Program-made: the position numbers and the translations under genes | Notes under the pieces: generated by a model | What the model was told of the DNA's origin: nothing | Databases searched by the model: none | The model's input: the letters and a program-made list of their open reading frames with translations, nothing else | Shown here: positions 42,482 through 55,200 of the stretch, piece by piece | Layout of the letters: each line of letters starts with the position of its first letter | Numbering within the stretch: position 1 is the stretch's first letter | Assembly (NCBI GenBank): GCA_013265495.1 | Contig: MU057521.1 | Location: 1,500,335 to 1,564,334 of the forward strand | Direction: 5' to 3' | Source: Vicugna vicugna | Taxonomy: Eukaryota | DNA: 64,000 nucleotides

Positions 42482-44779
42482 ATGGTGATCAGTCCTTAGG
42501 CAACAGAGGGCCTTGGGGCCATGTGCTCAGGATCATCAAGTAGTTAATTTCTTCCATTTGGTGGTGGTTTTTAGGCATCTGAAAAGCTCAGCAAATATGC
42601 ATGAGATACTATTATCTAGGTACTTCAGAGAGGGGCTACAGCAGGACATGGGGGAGGGGGTCTGTCCCAGGAAGGCCCCATAGGGTGCTGTTCAGTTACA
42701 ATAATGGTGAACATACCTGTTTCTTCAGTTGGGCCAATTGAGAACATTGGTAATTTTGCTTCCCAGCCCAGCTCCTCAGAACTCAGCATACCCCAAGTGG
42801 TCTATCTATTCAGTGTGAACAGGAGTCTTTACCCCTTTGAGGCCCAGGGAAGCCACAACCCTTTCTCAAAATGATGTTTTTAAGTACATCAAATCACCCG
42901 CATAGAATTACAAAGACAACCAAAGTTGTCAAAATACAGTTTTGTGTTCAGAATGTAACTAAATGGGACCACTCACTTAACTGCAAAGGGGAATGAGGCC
43001 ACTCGCTGAATCTGTTTTGACAATAAGGCAGTTCTCATTACAGATTCCAAAATGTAATCCAGCAAGGAATTTGGCTTCCCTAGAAACTGGGCCTTTGGAG
43101 GATGAACGGAAGGAACTGAGGTGGCAAGAGGATGGCAAGAAATACCAGGGGTCTCCTACCCTCCGCAGCTCTGGCCGCAGAGTCCTCTCAGCCTGTCCTG
43201 CGACCAAGTTCGCCCTCCAATGCCCCCTCCCCAAATACATATTTTTGAAAATATCCAACAAAAACTTGTGTGGGTCGAGACCTCAGTGCTGCTCTGGGAC
43301 AGGACCCTCCCACCGGCCGGCTCCGCCCTGTATACTGGCGCGGGGACAGGTGAAAGGGCAGCTCGCTGGTGCCAGGTGGGGTCGTGTCCGCATCCTTCAG
43401 GGACGTCCCTCGGGGATGCGGGACCCCGGAGCCTTGGGGCGTCTCGGCGCCACGGGCCGTGCCCTCTGACCCACAGGGGTCAACGTGTAGGCCGCATTTC
43501 TTCCACCCCTCCCGCCTGCGCTGTGTCCTGAGCACCAGCCCTGGAAGATTGGGGAGGTTGGCCGTAGCGCTGCACCACCCGCCCTTCAGAGCATCAGTGT
43601 GTGCAGGTCTGGAAGATGGGGAGGAAGGGGCCTTTCCCAGAGGCTCAAGGCAGTTTCCCCAGGGTTGGTCTAGAAAGTGCTTCTCTGTTCCCTTCAACTG
43701 GTTCCCAGCACCTCAACTGGAACCGGTCCTCGGCCACGAGGCCCTGAGACTTTCCCTGTGTATCTTCTCCCTTTCTGCGCGTACACAAACACACACACAC
43801 CCCACCTGGCCCCTGATCCTAATCCCATCTGCCTCAGGTTTGGATTCACAGCATTTGGTTTCACCCCGACTTGAGCAGAGAGAGATTTGGACCTGGGAAC
43901 GTCTGGAAAACAAGCAGTGTCTGTGGGTAACAAACCCTCGGTAAATGTTACGTGAATGAATGAAGTGAGGAAACGTGCTCCCACCCGCCACAGTTCCCTT
44001 TTTTCTTCCACGTATTAGAAAAGTGATGTGTGTAGCCTCTGAGTGGACGTTCTAAGATGGCAGCCCTGATGAGGAATTATGAGGGCTTAACACCCTGGAT
44101 TTTTCTCCCCTTAAGACAAGATAAGGACGTTCAAAGCCATTAACCTCCTTAGAACGAGCAGACAGGAAAGGCAGAAAGCCACATTTGGAAAGCAAAAGTA
44201 AATGGACTTATTTATTTTTTAAGTGATACATGTAAAAAAAACATGAAGATATTTTCAAAAACTATTTTTTGCAAGTGTAAACAATGGTTAAAATCCCTGG
44301 ACCCAGAGCCCTAATCTTCACTGTCTCCCTGGGGATAACCACTGTTAATTTGAAGTGGGCCAACCTCATCCCCCCGGCCCCGCTCCCCCAGCCAGTTTCT
44401 GGCTGTTCGTCACTAGAGACAGTCCACCTGCAGGCCTCTGTGTTTATTATTCCCTCCACCTGGAAAGCCCCCCTTTTGTGTCCTTTTTTGGGGGACAGGG
44501 GTTTTTATCTTATTTTTATTGAGTTGTAACATTCATATAATAAAGTGCACAAACAACGTGTGCAGCTCAGTGAATTTTTACATAATTCTTTTACACAAAT
44601 ATTCACCCAGATCAAGAGGCAGACTATTTCCAGCACACCGGAGCATCTCGTGCCTCCTGCAGTTGGCACCCTCCCCAGAGCTAAGCACTGTTCTGACCTC
44701 CATCACCACAGATTCCGTTATCTGTTCCTGTAAGTGACCTAACATTCCTTTGTGTCTCCAGCACTTTCTGTGGGAGCTC

Positions 44780-45012
44780 CTTCCCAGCCTCCAGGTCTCA
44801 GCTCAGGTGTCATGTCCTGTCCCGTTCCTTTCCATAGCGTTATCCTGTGCCTTTCCTCGGGCATTGCATGGTTTGTAATTTGTTTACTTGTTTACTGTTT
44901 GTCTCTCCAATTAGAAGGTAAGTATCCTCTCCTATTCACTGCTGTCTCCTGAGCCCCCAGCACAGTGTCTGGCATGTGTTGACAATCAACAAATATTTAT
45001 TCAATGACTGAA
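44780..45012 (+). mobile_element. L2 3' end fragment
   Basis: ttcactgctgtctcc...cagcacagtgtctggcatgtg...aacaaatatttattcaatgactgaa, L2 terminus pattern. Confidence 0.6.
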
Positions 45013-45423
45013 CAGTGTGTGAAGGAAAGGAAGAAATGCCCCAGGTATCAAACTTTATGGTCCTGAATCCAAAAGTAATTATAGTTGTCCAAATGCTGGC
45101 CTATGCCTGAGGCCTCTGCACTTCTGGTTACAAAGACAATATTCACCAAATTCATATGTGAAGACTTAGAAACACTGGAGTTCTTCCAGTCTGCCTGGAA
45201 GCAAAAAGAGCGCTAATTCTCACTCTATAACAGGATGGCTTTCTCTACCAGGACTGGAGTTTTGCTTTATGGTGTTGAATCAATGTTTTATAAAACAACT
45301 CCACTCTGGTTACGTGAAAAGACTCTCTCAACAGTGATAATCTCTACTGGAGTAATAGAGGATGATGTTTTTAAAACTTCCTTTATATATTTTTTTAAAA
45401 GAGCACATAATACTTAAAAACCT

Positions 45424-46455
45424 TAATTGTGGTAAAATACACATAACATGAAATTTACCATCTTAACCATATTTTAAGTATACACATAGTTCAGTAGTTC
45501 ACATTCTTGTGCAACCAGTATCCAGAACTCTTTTCCGCTTGCAAAACTGAAAGTCTGTAGCCATTAAACAAGTCCCCATTCCCCTCTCCCTCCAGTCCTT
45601 GGCACCCATCATTCCTACTTTCTGTCTCCATGAATTTGACTGCTCTTGAAACCTTATGTAAGTGGAATCTGTAGTACAGTATTTGTCCTAGTGACTGGGT
45701 GTTTTTCACTTAGCGTAATGTCTTCAAGATTCATTTCATGTTGTAGCACATGTTCGAATTTCCTTCCTTAAACTACAAGGTCCTATTATATAGCACAGGG
45801 AACAATATTGAATATCTTGCAGTAACCTATAATGAAAAAAAAATGTGTGTGTATAACTAAACTACCATACTGTACACCAGAGACTAACACAACATTGCAA
45901 ATCGACTATACATCAATTGAAAAAAGAATTTCCCTCCTTTTCCTGCCTGAATAATATTCCATTGTATGGAAAACTACATTTTGTTTATCCATTCATCTGT
46001 CAATGGACACTTGGGTGGCTTCCAACCTTTGGTTATTATAAATAACACTGCTGTGAACATGGGTATATAGATATATCTTCAATACCCTACTTTCAGTTCT
46101 TTGGGGTACATATCCAGAAGTAGAATTGCTGGGTCATATGATAATTTTATTTAATTTTTTGAGGAACTGCCATGCTGTTTCCCGCAGCATCTCTATCCTT
46201 TTACATTCCCAGCAGCAGTGCACAAGTGTTCCAATTTCTCCACATCTTCGCCAACAGTTGATACTTGTTTTTTTGACGGTAGCCATCCTAATGGGTGTTC
46301 TATGGTATCTCGTCGTGGTTTTGATTTGCATTTCCCTAATGAATGATGTTGAGAGCATCTTTTCACGTGCTTGTTGGCTATTTGTCTATCTTCTTTGGAG
46401 AAATGTCTAATCAAGTTCTGTGCCCATTTTTTATCAGCTTATTTGTTTCTGTTGT
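45424..46455 (-). mobile_element. L1MB-like 3' fragment, interrupted by a younger insertion
   Basis: Antisense L1 3' UTR/ORF2; minus-strand ORF 46134..46358 ([20 protein letters not shown]...[19 protein letters not shown]) is the L1 ORF2 C-terminal Cys-rich region. Confidence 0.9.
45770..45925 (+). mobile_element. 156-bp 5'-truncated L1/HAL1 3' tail with TSD
   Basis: TSD gaatttccttcctt (45756-45769) / gaatttccctcctt (45926-45939); body similar to 38620-38780. Confidence 0.85.
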
Positions 46456-46620
46456 TGGTGTTGATTTCTGGGCACATACTACTTTTAAAATCAGAAAAGA
46501 ATTTGATTTTATGAAGAAATAGGGAAAGAGCATACAGAAAGCCAATCAACAGAGTGCAGTGGTTAAAAGCTTGGGCTCTGAAATTAGAACATTTAGTCAC
46601 CGTAATTATTGAGCACTTAC

Positions 46621-47015
46621 TGTATAAGTCAGGGTAAACTAACTACTCTAGCATAGAACCCTAGTGTCTGAATACAATAAAATTACTGCTCGCTTACTTC
46701 AAGTCCATGGTGGTCTGAGGAGGAAGTGGGGGAAGGGTAGGAGTTATGGAGGGACCATATGTCATTTGGGGACTCTGCGTCATGTCACTCAGGGACCTGG
46801 GCTGCATCCATCCTATGACACTGACATCCTCAACGTGCGGCCTCCAAGGTCACCAAGGGAGGAGATAAAAGGGAGGATTACACAAGGGTAACTTTTTATG
46901 GACCAGTCTGCCTGTATTACATCAACCTAAACTTGTAATACAGCCCCACCCACTACAAAGGAGACTGGGGAACATCCTCTTCCCGTGCGCCCAGAAGGAA
47001 AGGCAATTGTGTTGT
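46621..47015. mobile_element. Old MaLR (MLT1-like) LTR remnant
   Basis: tgtataagtcaggg start and gccccacccactacaaaggagactgggg motif; family assignment weak. Confidence 0.4.
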
Positions 47016-49053
47016 TTCTGCCCCAGTACATCCTTTTGGTCACCTAACCATCTCACTCGTCTTCCTCCCGGCGCATAGTCTCGCCTTCTTCTCTCGGGAG
47101 ACAACCCAAAGTTGTCCCACATTCTCCTCTCTCAGGACTAGGTACCGATCCTATGTTCTGGTGACCCATGAACTAAGGGAGATGAGTTGCCTGCCTCCCA
47201 CCCGACACCCACACAGACATACAGTGGTGAAGCAGGAGTAACAAAATTCCCACGGAGAAAAGAGAGGGAGCGGTAGCCCCTGGTCTGTAAAAGTAACAGA
47301 TTCCTTCCTGAGAGAATGTTTTGTGAGGGTCCCCGGCCCTGACAAGGGGAAAGTTCCCTGATTAGGTTCTGACAGGCACCCCCTGTCCATTTTTCTCCAT
47401 GGCCCCCGCTTCACCTCAAAGAAGCTTCTCCTGTTTCACTATCTTCTCTGACCACACCTGAAAAGTTCCTTGGGGATGGACTGGGCGCAGAAGTGAGTAA
47501 CCCCTACCAGGCAGCAGGTTTTAGCCAAAGGGAGCCTGCTGTGAGGCCTCTGCAAAGATTTGCAGCAGGTACCCCCGGGGAGTTAGCAGAACCTTGAATT
47601 AGCTTGCTGGCCAAAAGTGCCTCATTCCCTAGGTCCCCCAGGAGTCCCCGGCTTTTTGTGTCTTTTCAATGGATGCTGGTGAGACCCAGCCATTGTTTCA
47701 CGCTCGATTCTTTCTCTGGAAAGGAAAGAATCCATTTGCTTTCTCCCTCTCCCCTCCTACCCTCCTCCTCACCTGAGAAAAATGTAAAAACTCTTCATAC
47801 AGCAACGACAGTAAAAAGCAGCCCTTCGTCTTAGTAATGATAACAAGAATAAGGAACACCGGGGGGGAACAGCTGTCTCAGTCACTAGGGTATTAAAATG
47901 CACTCGGACTGGATACGCTGAGAAACCAGGACTCCAGTGTTCTGATGATAATACCAAAGCCTGATTTCCAGGCAGTTGCTATATCACGAGACACCTATTA
48001 CCCACACAGAATACATCTTTCCCTTGTCCAGTAGGGCCCATGCTGTCTGCTCTAGTTAGGCTCCATTCATAGCAAAAGCCTTGGATTACTAAAAAAAATA
48101 ACCTTTTTAAAAAGAGGGTTTATTTGAAGGATACCCATGACGAATGAGAACTGGCCTGGGACGCTGTCAGGGGTTGTGAGGACCCTGCATGATGGCCGGT
48201 GGGACCCTGCTCTCCTGTGAGTCTCTGCCCCTCCCTGACCCCCTCCGCTGAGTTCCTCTCTCCTCCCTGCACCTGGCTGCCTCTACCTTCCACGGATCCG
48301 GCTTCCTCAGGAGGTGGCCCATCACTCTCTCCCCCGACCTCCACACACCACAGCTCAGATCCCTTCCATAGCTACCGCCTCTTAGCTCCACTTCACAAGA
48401 GAGGGACAAGTGAATTGGCTCTTGTATTAGTTGGCTAGGGCTGTCCTTGGACCAGGCCACTTCTGTTCCAATCAGCTCTAGGGACTGTGTCTTACATGAT
48501 ACAAAATGGCCAGAAGTGGGGACAGCTTGCTTCTTCTAGGAAAGGAACGGATCTAAGGGACCCCATAACATGTCTTCCAGTTCACAGCTTCAACAAACTC
48601 TCTCCTAATATGATCTAACTATCAAAACACAAGGCCTGAAATCCTTTCACCTCATCAAAAGCCACATCTGCTTACAGCCTTAGAAATAATAGGGCAGGGC
48701 CACTTCAGAAACCACATGCTCATCAGAATCAGTTTCACCCCTGGCCACACTGAGATCCTTTCCAGTTATTTCTCTCCACTCTGTAATCCATGTACTAAAT
48801 GGTTACTGTAACCACAGCCAGTATCAATCCCATATGATGGTAGAACAGAAATGAAATAATGACATGGGCAGAAAGAGAGCTACCCCTCCCCTTGGTTCCT
48901 GGACCCACAAATTCCAGTGGTGACAGGGACAGCATCATTGCTGTGTCTTGTCCCCAGTCTATCCTAAGCTCTGCAGGCGCCACCCTAGCCTCACAGGGTT
49001 GGATCTCCCCCATCAGACTGACTACAAGGAAGTGGGCAATCTGATAGTGGGGG

Positions 49054-49254
49054 GGGGGGAATCTGGGGGGCCCCACGCAACAGCACTTCTTCGCACTGCA
49101 GTAAGTTCTGGTTGCGCAGTGTGACTCCCGGAGCGTCTGCCTTCTGGGAGGATAAGGGGGGAATCTGGGGGCCCCACGCAACAGCACTTCTTCGCACTGC
49201 AGTAAGTTCTGGTTGCGCAGTGTGACTCCCGGAGCGTCTGCCTTCTGGGAGGAT
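49054..49254. repeat. Near-perfect ~100-bp tandem duplication
   Basis: Copy 1 49054-49153 and copy 2 49156-49254 are identical except for one G in a homopolymer. Confidence 0.95.
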
Positions 49255-51011
49255 TGTACCGCTTCTCAGCTGGGGCCTACATCACAGAGGGAGCTACCCG
49301 GCTTTCCAGGTCTGCTCTGAGGTCTCAGGGGGCAGCTGAGGGACCAAACTCCTTGCAGTGTTTGTTTGAGTGAGACCTGCCCCTTTTTACTAGGCTGGGA
49401 GTTTTCCGCAGCTCCTGCAGAATCCCTGGGGCTACCCATCCAGTCCCACTCTAACATCTCTTGGCTTACAGGTGAATGGATTTGCATCCTCGTGCGTTTG
49501 GATTACCACACCCTTTGGAGTGGCCAAATCTCATAGCTACAGTTGGGTCCAAAAGACCACTGTCCTAAGGCCTTCGTTGCTTACCAATAACTTGGGCTGG
49601 CCTCCCCGTTTTCTCAGGGAGGTTGGCATAAGAGCCTAAGTTGAAGTGCTTTCCCTCCTGGATCTGACTGTGACCTTGTTGCATGATTGTGGTCATAGAC
49701 GTTGTGGGTGGGACGGGCACTGCGAACACACACTGCAGATGTCATTATGTTGTATGAAATTCAACAACATTTAAAAATGAACTCAATCATGTAGCAAGCT
49801 GCCAAGAGGGCACCATTTCCATACACAGGACCCACCCCCCTCAACATCCTGAGGGACCCTGGAGGTCCACACTCTGCTTCCCCAACTGTGCTCTCATCTG
49901 ACCCTCCAAACAATCCTCCGGTCTGCTTTTGGGATTCTGCATCTTAAAGGTGGGGGAACTGAGGCAGAGAACATTTAAGTGATTTGTGCAAGGTAACAGG
50001 GCAAGAATAAGGACTTTAGTTTGCTAACTTCTAACCCTATTCTGGGCCTTTAGTTTGATGGGAGCGACTTCTTACAATTTTAGCAGGGAGGTATGTCCTT
50101 GAGGGGTGTTTCTTAAGAAAGGGAGGATGACATCAGGAAATGCCGAAGAAGGTGATCCTACTTCTGCCTGCGTCTGCTTGCCTATCTTGGCTTCTTCATT
50201 ACTTTGCTTAGGAATTCCCCTGGCTTCCTTCTGCGCTCATAACACATTGTTATGTTGGGAGCAGAACAAGTAATCAACTCCCAGGCTTGGCCTGCTTTTG
50301 TCCCCCACGCTTTGCATCCTCCCTGTCTTTCTCCCCCAGAGATCAAGCCCTTTTATCCCTTTTTCTAGTTTCCTTTGACGTGAGCATTTATGGCCGTGAG
50401 GCTGTGCTTGTCAGTTGCTGTTCTAAGGACCTGGAGGTCATTTCAGTCCCTGCTTCTGTAAAAAGATGAATTTGGAGGGAGGCAACCCAGCAGCCTCCCC
50501 TTCCTCCCCTTCATTTGTTAATGTGTTTGCATCATCTCTTTTCAGCAGTCATTGTCCTAAATATGAAAATATGAACTTATTTTGACAGCTGGCAGTGTCT
50601 TTGATACTGGACGATGTCATTTGGAAAAGAGAGGGAATGACAGCAGATGGGCAGCAGCTGGTCTGCACTGTGGTCGCCGCTGGGCGCAGCTGTGGGTGGC
50701 TAGAGGAGGACTGGGGATGGGGAGGTGTGGGTGCATTTGTCTCTGTTTTGTGTTTTGTCAAGTTCCCTGGGCTGGATATCATTATTCCATAGTACCACGC
50801 TCCATTTTGTTAGAACCAGGAGTCCCCAGCACCAGGGAAAAGGGAAGGACATAGAGGCAAGAGACAGGAGAGGGGAGGGGAGCAGCTGAGAGCACACCTT
50901 TGGGTCTGAGTGAAGTGGGGGGCTGGGAGGTGAGGGGGATACTGGGGGGAGAAAGGGGAAAACAAGGAGGTAGTAACGTGGTCAGGGAGAGGCTGATGGC
51001 CGAGTTGGGCT

Positions 51012-51324
51012 TTGTCCTACTCCATTTATAATCAAACCACAGACTGGGTGGCTTGTAAACAACAGAAATTTACTTCTCACCATTTTGGAGGTTGGAAATC
51101 CAAGATCAGGTGCCAGCCTGGTCGGGTTCTGGTGCAGGCCCTCTGGTAAAGGGGGCGGGGTGGCAGGCTCCTGGCCGTGTCCTCACAGGGGACACCTTTT
51201 ATGAGAGCATTGATCATACTCCAGGACTAAGAACATCCAAAGGCCCCACCCCCAATATCATCACCTTGTGGGGTAGGATCTAAATAGTGCATTTCAGGGG
51301 GACACAAACGTTCGATCCAGCTCA
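51012..51324 (-). mobile_element. MLT1-like MaLR solo LTR
   Basis: ccacagactgggtggcttgtaaacaacagaaatttacttctcac...ggaggttggaaatccaagatcaggtg...aaggccccacccccaatatcatcac. Confidence 0.8.
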
Positions 51325-51819
51325 TCCCCCAAGGTCTGGAAATTCTCCAGCCATTTACTGGTTGGCATCACCGGGGCTGCCACAGCTGTGGCCCGGGGAG
51401 TGGGGAGCCTCTAGGGGTCAGATGAGGCCCGGCCCGTGGGCAACCACACACTCCCGGAGCTGCCCCGCCAGGCTCCTGTCCATCAGCAAGGGAAGGTGAG
51501 AGGCAGAAAGCTGTTTGCCAGCTGGCCTGCTCTGCAGGCTGCCTGTCCAGGAACCTAAACATCTAAACGTGGACGAAGTGACCTTCTGGTTCCTTCTCAA
51601 GGTCTCAAGGCAGCCAGTGGAGGCCCATAAGGCTACGATGTTGCTGTTCCCCCAAGACTGTTGGAGGAGCAGCTCAGGGCCCTCCCACCCCACAGCCCAC
51701 AGCACCCCTCTCCCTGCTTCTGTTCTCAGGTTCCTGTCCTGGGTAGGTCCTTGTCACCACCAGCAGCAAGTCCTGCTCTAAGGCCCACAGCGACCAGGGC
51801 TGCGTGGGGAAATCTAGCC

Positions 51820-52221
51820 CTGCTCCTTTGCCAAAAAATCAGCCTCTGCAATTCAAACTCGGAGGCAGAGTTGTGGGAGCAAAGGAAAGAGCAGCCCTAT
51901 TACTTTGCCTGGCAAAGGGGATCACGGCAGGCAAATGCCTCAGTGACTGTGATTCGCCCTGGGGTTGGGGTCCTGAGGTTTTATAGAAAAACTGGATAGA
52001 ACAGAAAAGGTGACAACAGTCAGGGCATTTTACAGGGCGCTACATTCCTCTTAACCTCAGTGCATCTTCAGGAGGAACTCCGGAGGGTCTGTCCATCCTT
52101 CAGAGTATCAGCCTGTTACCCCCTTCCCGGAGCATAGCCTCTGGATTAAAGTTATTCTCAGTAAAGAATGAATCAGCAAACAGCTTCGCATCAGGGAAGT
52201 CAGTTTGTTGGTTTGCTTTAC
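51820..52221 (-). mobile_element. ERV1-like solo LTR remnant
   Basis: ggaggcagagttgtggg...tattactttgcctggcaaagggg..cacggcaggcaaatgcc resembles recalled artiodactyl ERV1 LTRs; boundaries approximate. Confidence 0.5.
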
Positions 52222-55200
52222 ACCCCTTCACTCCATCCCTGGGGTTCAAGAGTCAAGACCAGAATCCCAGAGACAAGTGTCTGCCTTATTCCAGGCAGAG
52301 AGGATCCTTCGGGTAGAGTCAGCCACAGGTGCAGGAGTGGACACCCCTCCAGGGTCCAGGCCTGGGCCATCGGCTGCAGGACCTCAGGGAGGAGGGCTCC
52401 CTGGCCCCCTGCCAGCTGCCTGGGCTTGCACGTTCAAACCCAGACTTTCCCACCAAACAAGGGCAGCTGGGAACAAGCGTCTGCCCGCAAGCAGAACCAC
52501 GGCCCAGGAGTGCTGCCGGGGGCACCCGGAGCTCTCGGAGGTCAGCTGCTGTCTCCTGGAAGACTGGAAGCTGAGAACGAACCATCCTCGCCACTGTCCC
52601 GGCTGCACCCCGTCCTGGCAGCCCCATGCGGGAGAGGAGGTTTGTAGGAAGCGTTTCCGTCCACGTCACACACAGCTGAGAGAAGCTGAGCAATCCCGGG
52701 GGGAGTTTCTAGCACTATCTTCAGAAGGTCCTGGCTACACATCAGGTGCACACAGGACTATTCTGGGGCTTGGCTCTCAATCCCCTCATCTTGGTGGGAA
52801 GAGGGAGCAGTGAGGTGGGAGGGAAGCTCTTGGCAGGGCCTGGCTGCTCCCACAGGCTTCCTGCCCTTGGATCCTCCTGGTGTCAGGAGTCTCCTGAGCC
52901 GCGGTTAACCTGCCTGTGGCCTAGCGGGGGTAGGGCAGGGTCCCGGGGTGCGCTGCAGGGAAGCGGCCCTCGGGGCACTGAGTCCTTCCTCTGTTCTCAG
53001 CTGACGATGGGGTGGCTGTGTGGCTGAGGCTGGTGAAGCCCCTCCACGGAGCCCTTGTCTTGCTGGCCTCCTGGACGAGCTTCTCCCAAGTCCCAGCAAG
53101 TCAGGCAGAATCCCAAGCTGGGGAAAGTTTCAGGGAGACGACTGGTCCCCAGCATTCAATGCTGCAGAGAGCTCAAGGAAACATTTACGAATCTCGTCAC
53201 TAGGAAGTCCCTGAGACAGAGAAACCACAGAGGACAGCTGGCCACGGCTCCTTTGGGGATCTTGGCCAATAAGGCTCCACACAGGCAAGTGGGATTAGGA
53301 GGGACCCCAGTGGAGGCATTTGAACAAGAAGGAAGGAGGAAATGTAATTGTTTTTAAGACTGAAGGGATCAGGAGGCACTAAGTATTCATATTTTGGGAA
53401 CAAGACTGTCACCCATATCACGATGCTTCAGTTCCGACCTCTCACTTGGCAGCTGACATTTACATGTGTGACACATGCACGTCCAGGAGCCAACACTTAG
53501 CCGGGGAGTGACATGTGACTCTAAAGAAGTCTGCGCTAAAGAAAGCATCTCAAAACACACGTGGTAGTGACTTTACCAGGCAGACAACACTGAATCACCT
53601 CTAACTTATTAAAATATTGTAATAAACCAAAGAATGTTACTTTAACCATTAGGAACAAATTACCTGCAACATGTATCTCAATAACATCAACCAGTAATAA
53701 TCTAGTGAGGTTGAAAACTGTGATAGTTCAACCAACACGCTTACACACCTGCTCTTCCCTTCAAAAAAAAAAATTAACCCAAGCAATTTACAGAAAAGTG
53801 TGATAAAACAAAACAGCTATTTGTTCTTAAAAATTCTCTTTGGATATACAATGATATACACATCCGCTTAAGAGCTATAATCAACACGTACATATAATTT
53901 CAGGTCCAACTTTTCGTCACTAAATATTTCATTGACGCATTTCCACTTACTGCTATACTCTTGCAGTATGTAGTGGCTAAAAATATTTTATCGATTAATG
54001 TTTTCCTGTTATGGAGTATGGGTTGTTTCTCATTGTTTACAAATACTGTGCTGTGATTTCTTTTTTTTTTACTAGAATTATTTCCATTTTGATGTAGTCT
54101 CCCAAAGTGAAACTACTGGATGCAAGGGCATAAAGCGTTTGATACCTCATTACATATTGTCAGAGTCCTTGTCTGCAAGGATAAACCCATTCTTAGTACC
54201 ACTAGCAATTTGTAAATTACCAATTTCTCTTTGGCCTAACAGAGTGTTTTCTTTCTTTTGCTTTTCTTTTCCTTCTTATTCCTGTCCCCGCCTTCTTCCT
54301 CTTTTTGTTTAATAGATATGCAATATTACATTAATGAATTGTTTTAAATTTGTATCTCTGAAGTTGACGTGAGGGTATAGCCTGCGCTTCTGATGCCGCC
54401 TCAAAATGTCAGAACCACTTCACCCTAACAGCCTCAGGGCACACCTGTGTTTGAACCCAAAACAGTGAACTTTCTTCAAGACCCAAATGCAGACATGCTC
54501 ATGAATGCATGTGACCTGTCAGGCAGGAAATGTGTGGCTGGCCTGGAGCACATCCGCCCAACCCTTAATTTGGTTCCTGGGAAAGGGTGGCCAGTGGGGA
54601 GGCAGGAGCATTAAGGAGAGTGTGGGCCTTTCCTACCCCCAGCTACATTGCTATATGTGGGCTCCTGAAGAGCTTCCTTTCTGTGTCTTCCGTTCTAAGT
54701 ATGATAACCACGTGTCCTAAATCTGCTGACATTTCAAACCTTTGGTCCAGTTGTCCCCACAAAGTGCACCCATTCTTTTCAGACCGTGTGCCCCAAATTT
54801 GAATTTGGAAAACATGGTCTCTACTATTTTGGTGTATCGGGCTCACCTCCTCCACTAGAATGCAAGCTTATTGAGAGCAAAGACTGTCTTGTTCCTCATT
54901 CCAAATCTACATCATCCCTTTCCTCCTGCCTATCCCATCCTTCCATTCTAAAATTGGTTCTACTTGCTCTCTCGTCACTTACAGAGCTGCTATTCTTTGA
55001 AAATACAGATTCTAAAATAGCACCGGTCTCTTTTCTCTCTTCCAAGCTCTGTGTCTGTGTCAGAATGGGTTCAGAAAATATCATTTTTATATGCAGCAAT
55101 GTAGACTCTAAAGGCAATATACCCAGTAAGCATCACCTAACAAATTAATTCTTCTGAATACTTCATTGTGCTGCTGACAACTGAGTGGTTTTTGAAGTCA

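Larger units (their letters stand above)
40190..42700 (-). mobile_element. Internally deleted ERV1-class provirus: 5' LTR ~42220-42700, PBS, non-coding internal remnant, ~33-bp stub of the 3' LTR
   Basis: Termini TG(TTAC)...(TTA)CA; 4-bp TSD ATAA at 40186-40189 and 42701-42704; CAAGTTCGTG shared by both LTR ends; tRNA-Arg-like PBS at 42204-42219. Confidence 0.75.

Noticed and set aside
42977..44011. Cluster of 130-190 aa ORFs in a CpG-rich patch (similarly 52168-52813)
   Set aside because: No recognisable homology or exon structure; explained by GC content
42432..49254. Direct repeats as a CRISPR-like array
   Set aside because: Eukaryotic context; the repeats are simple tandem copies with no unique spacers or cas genes
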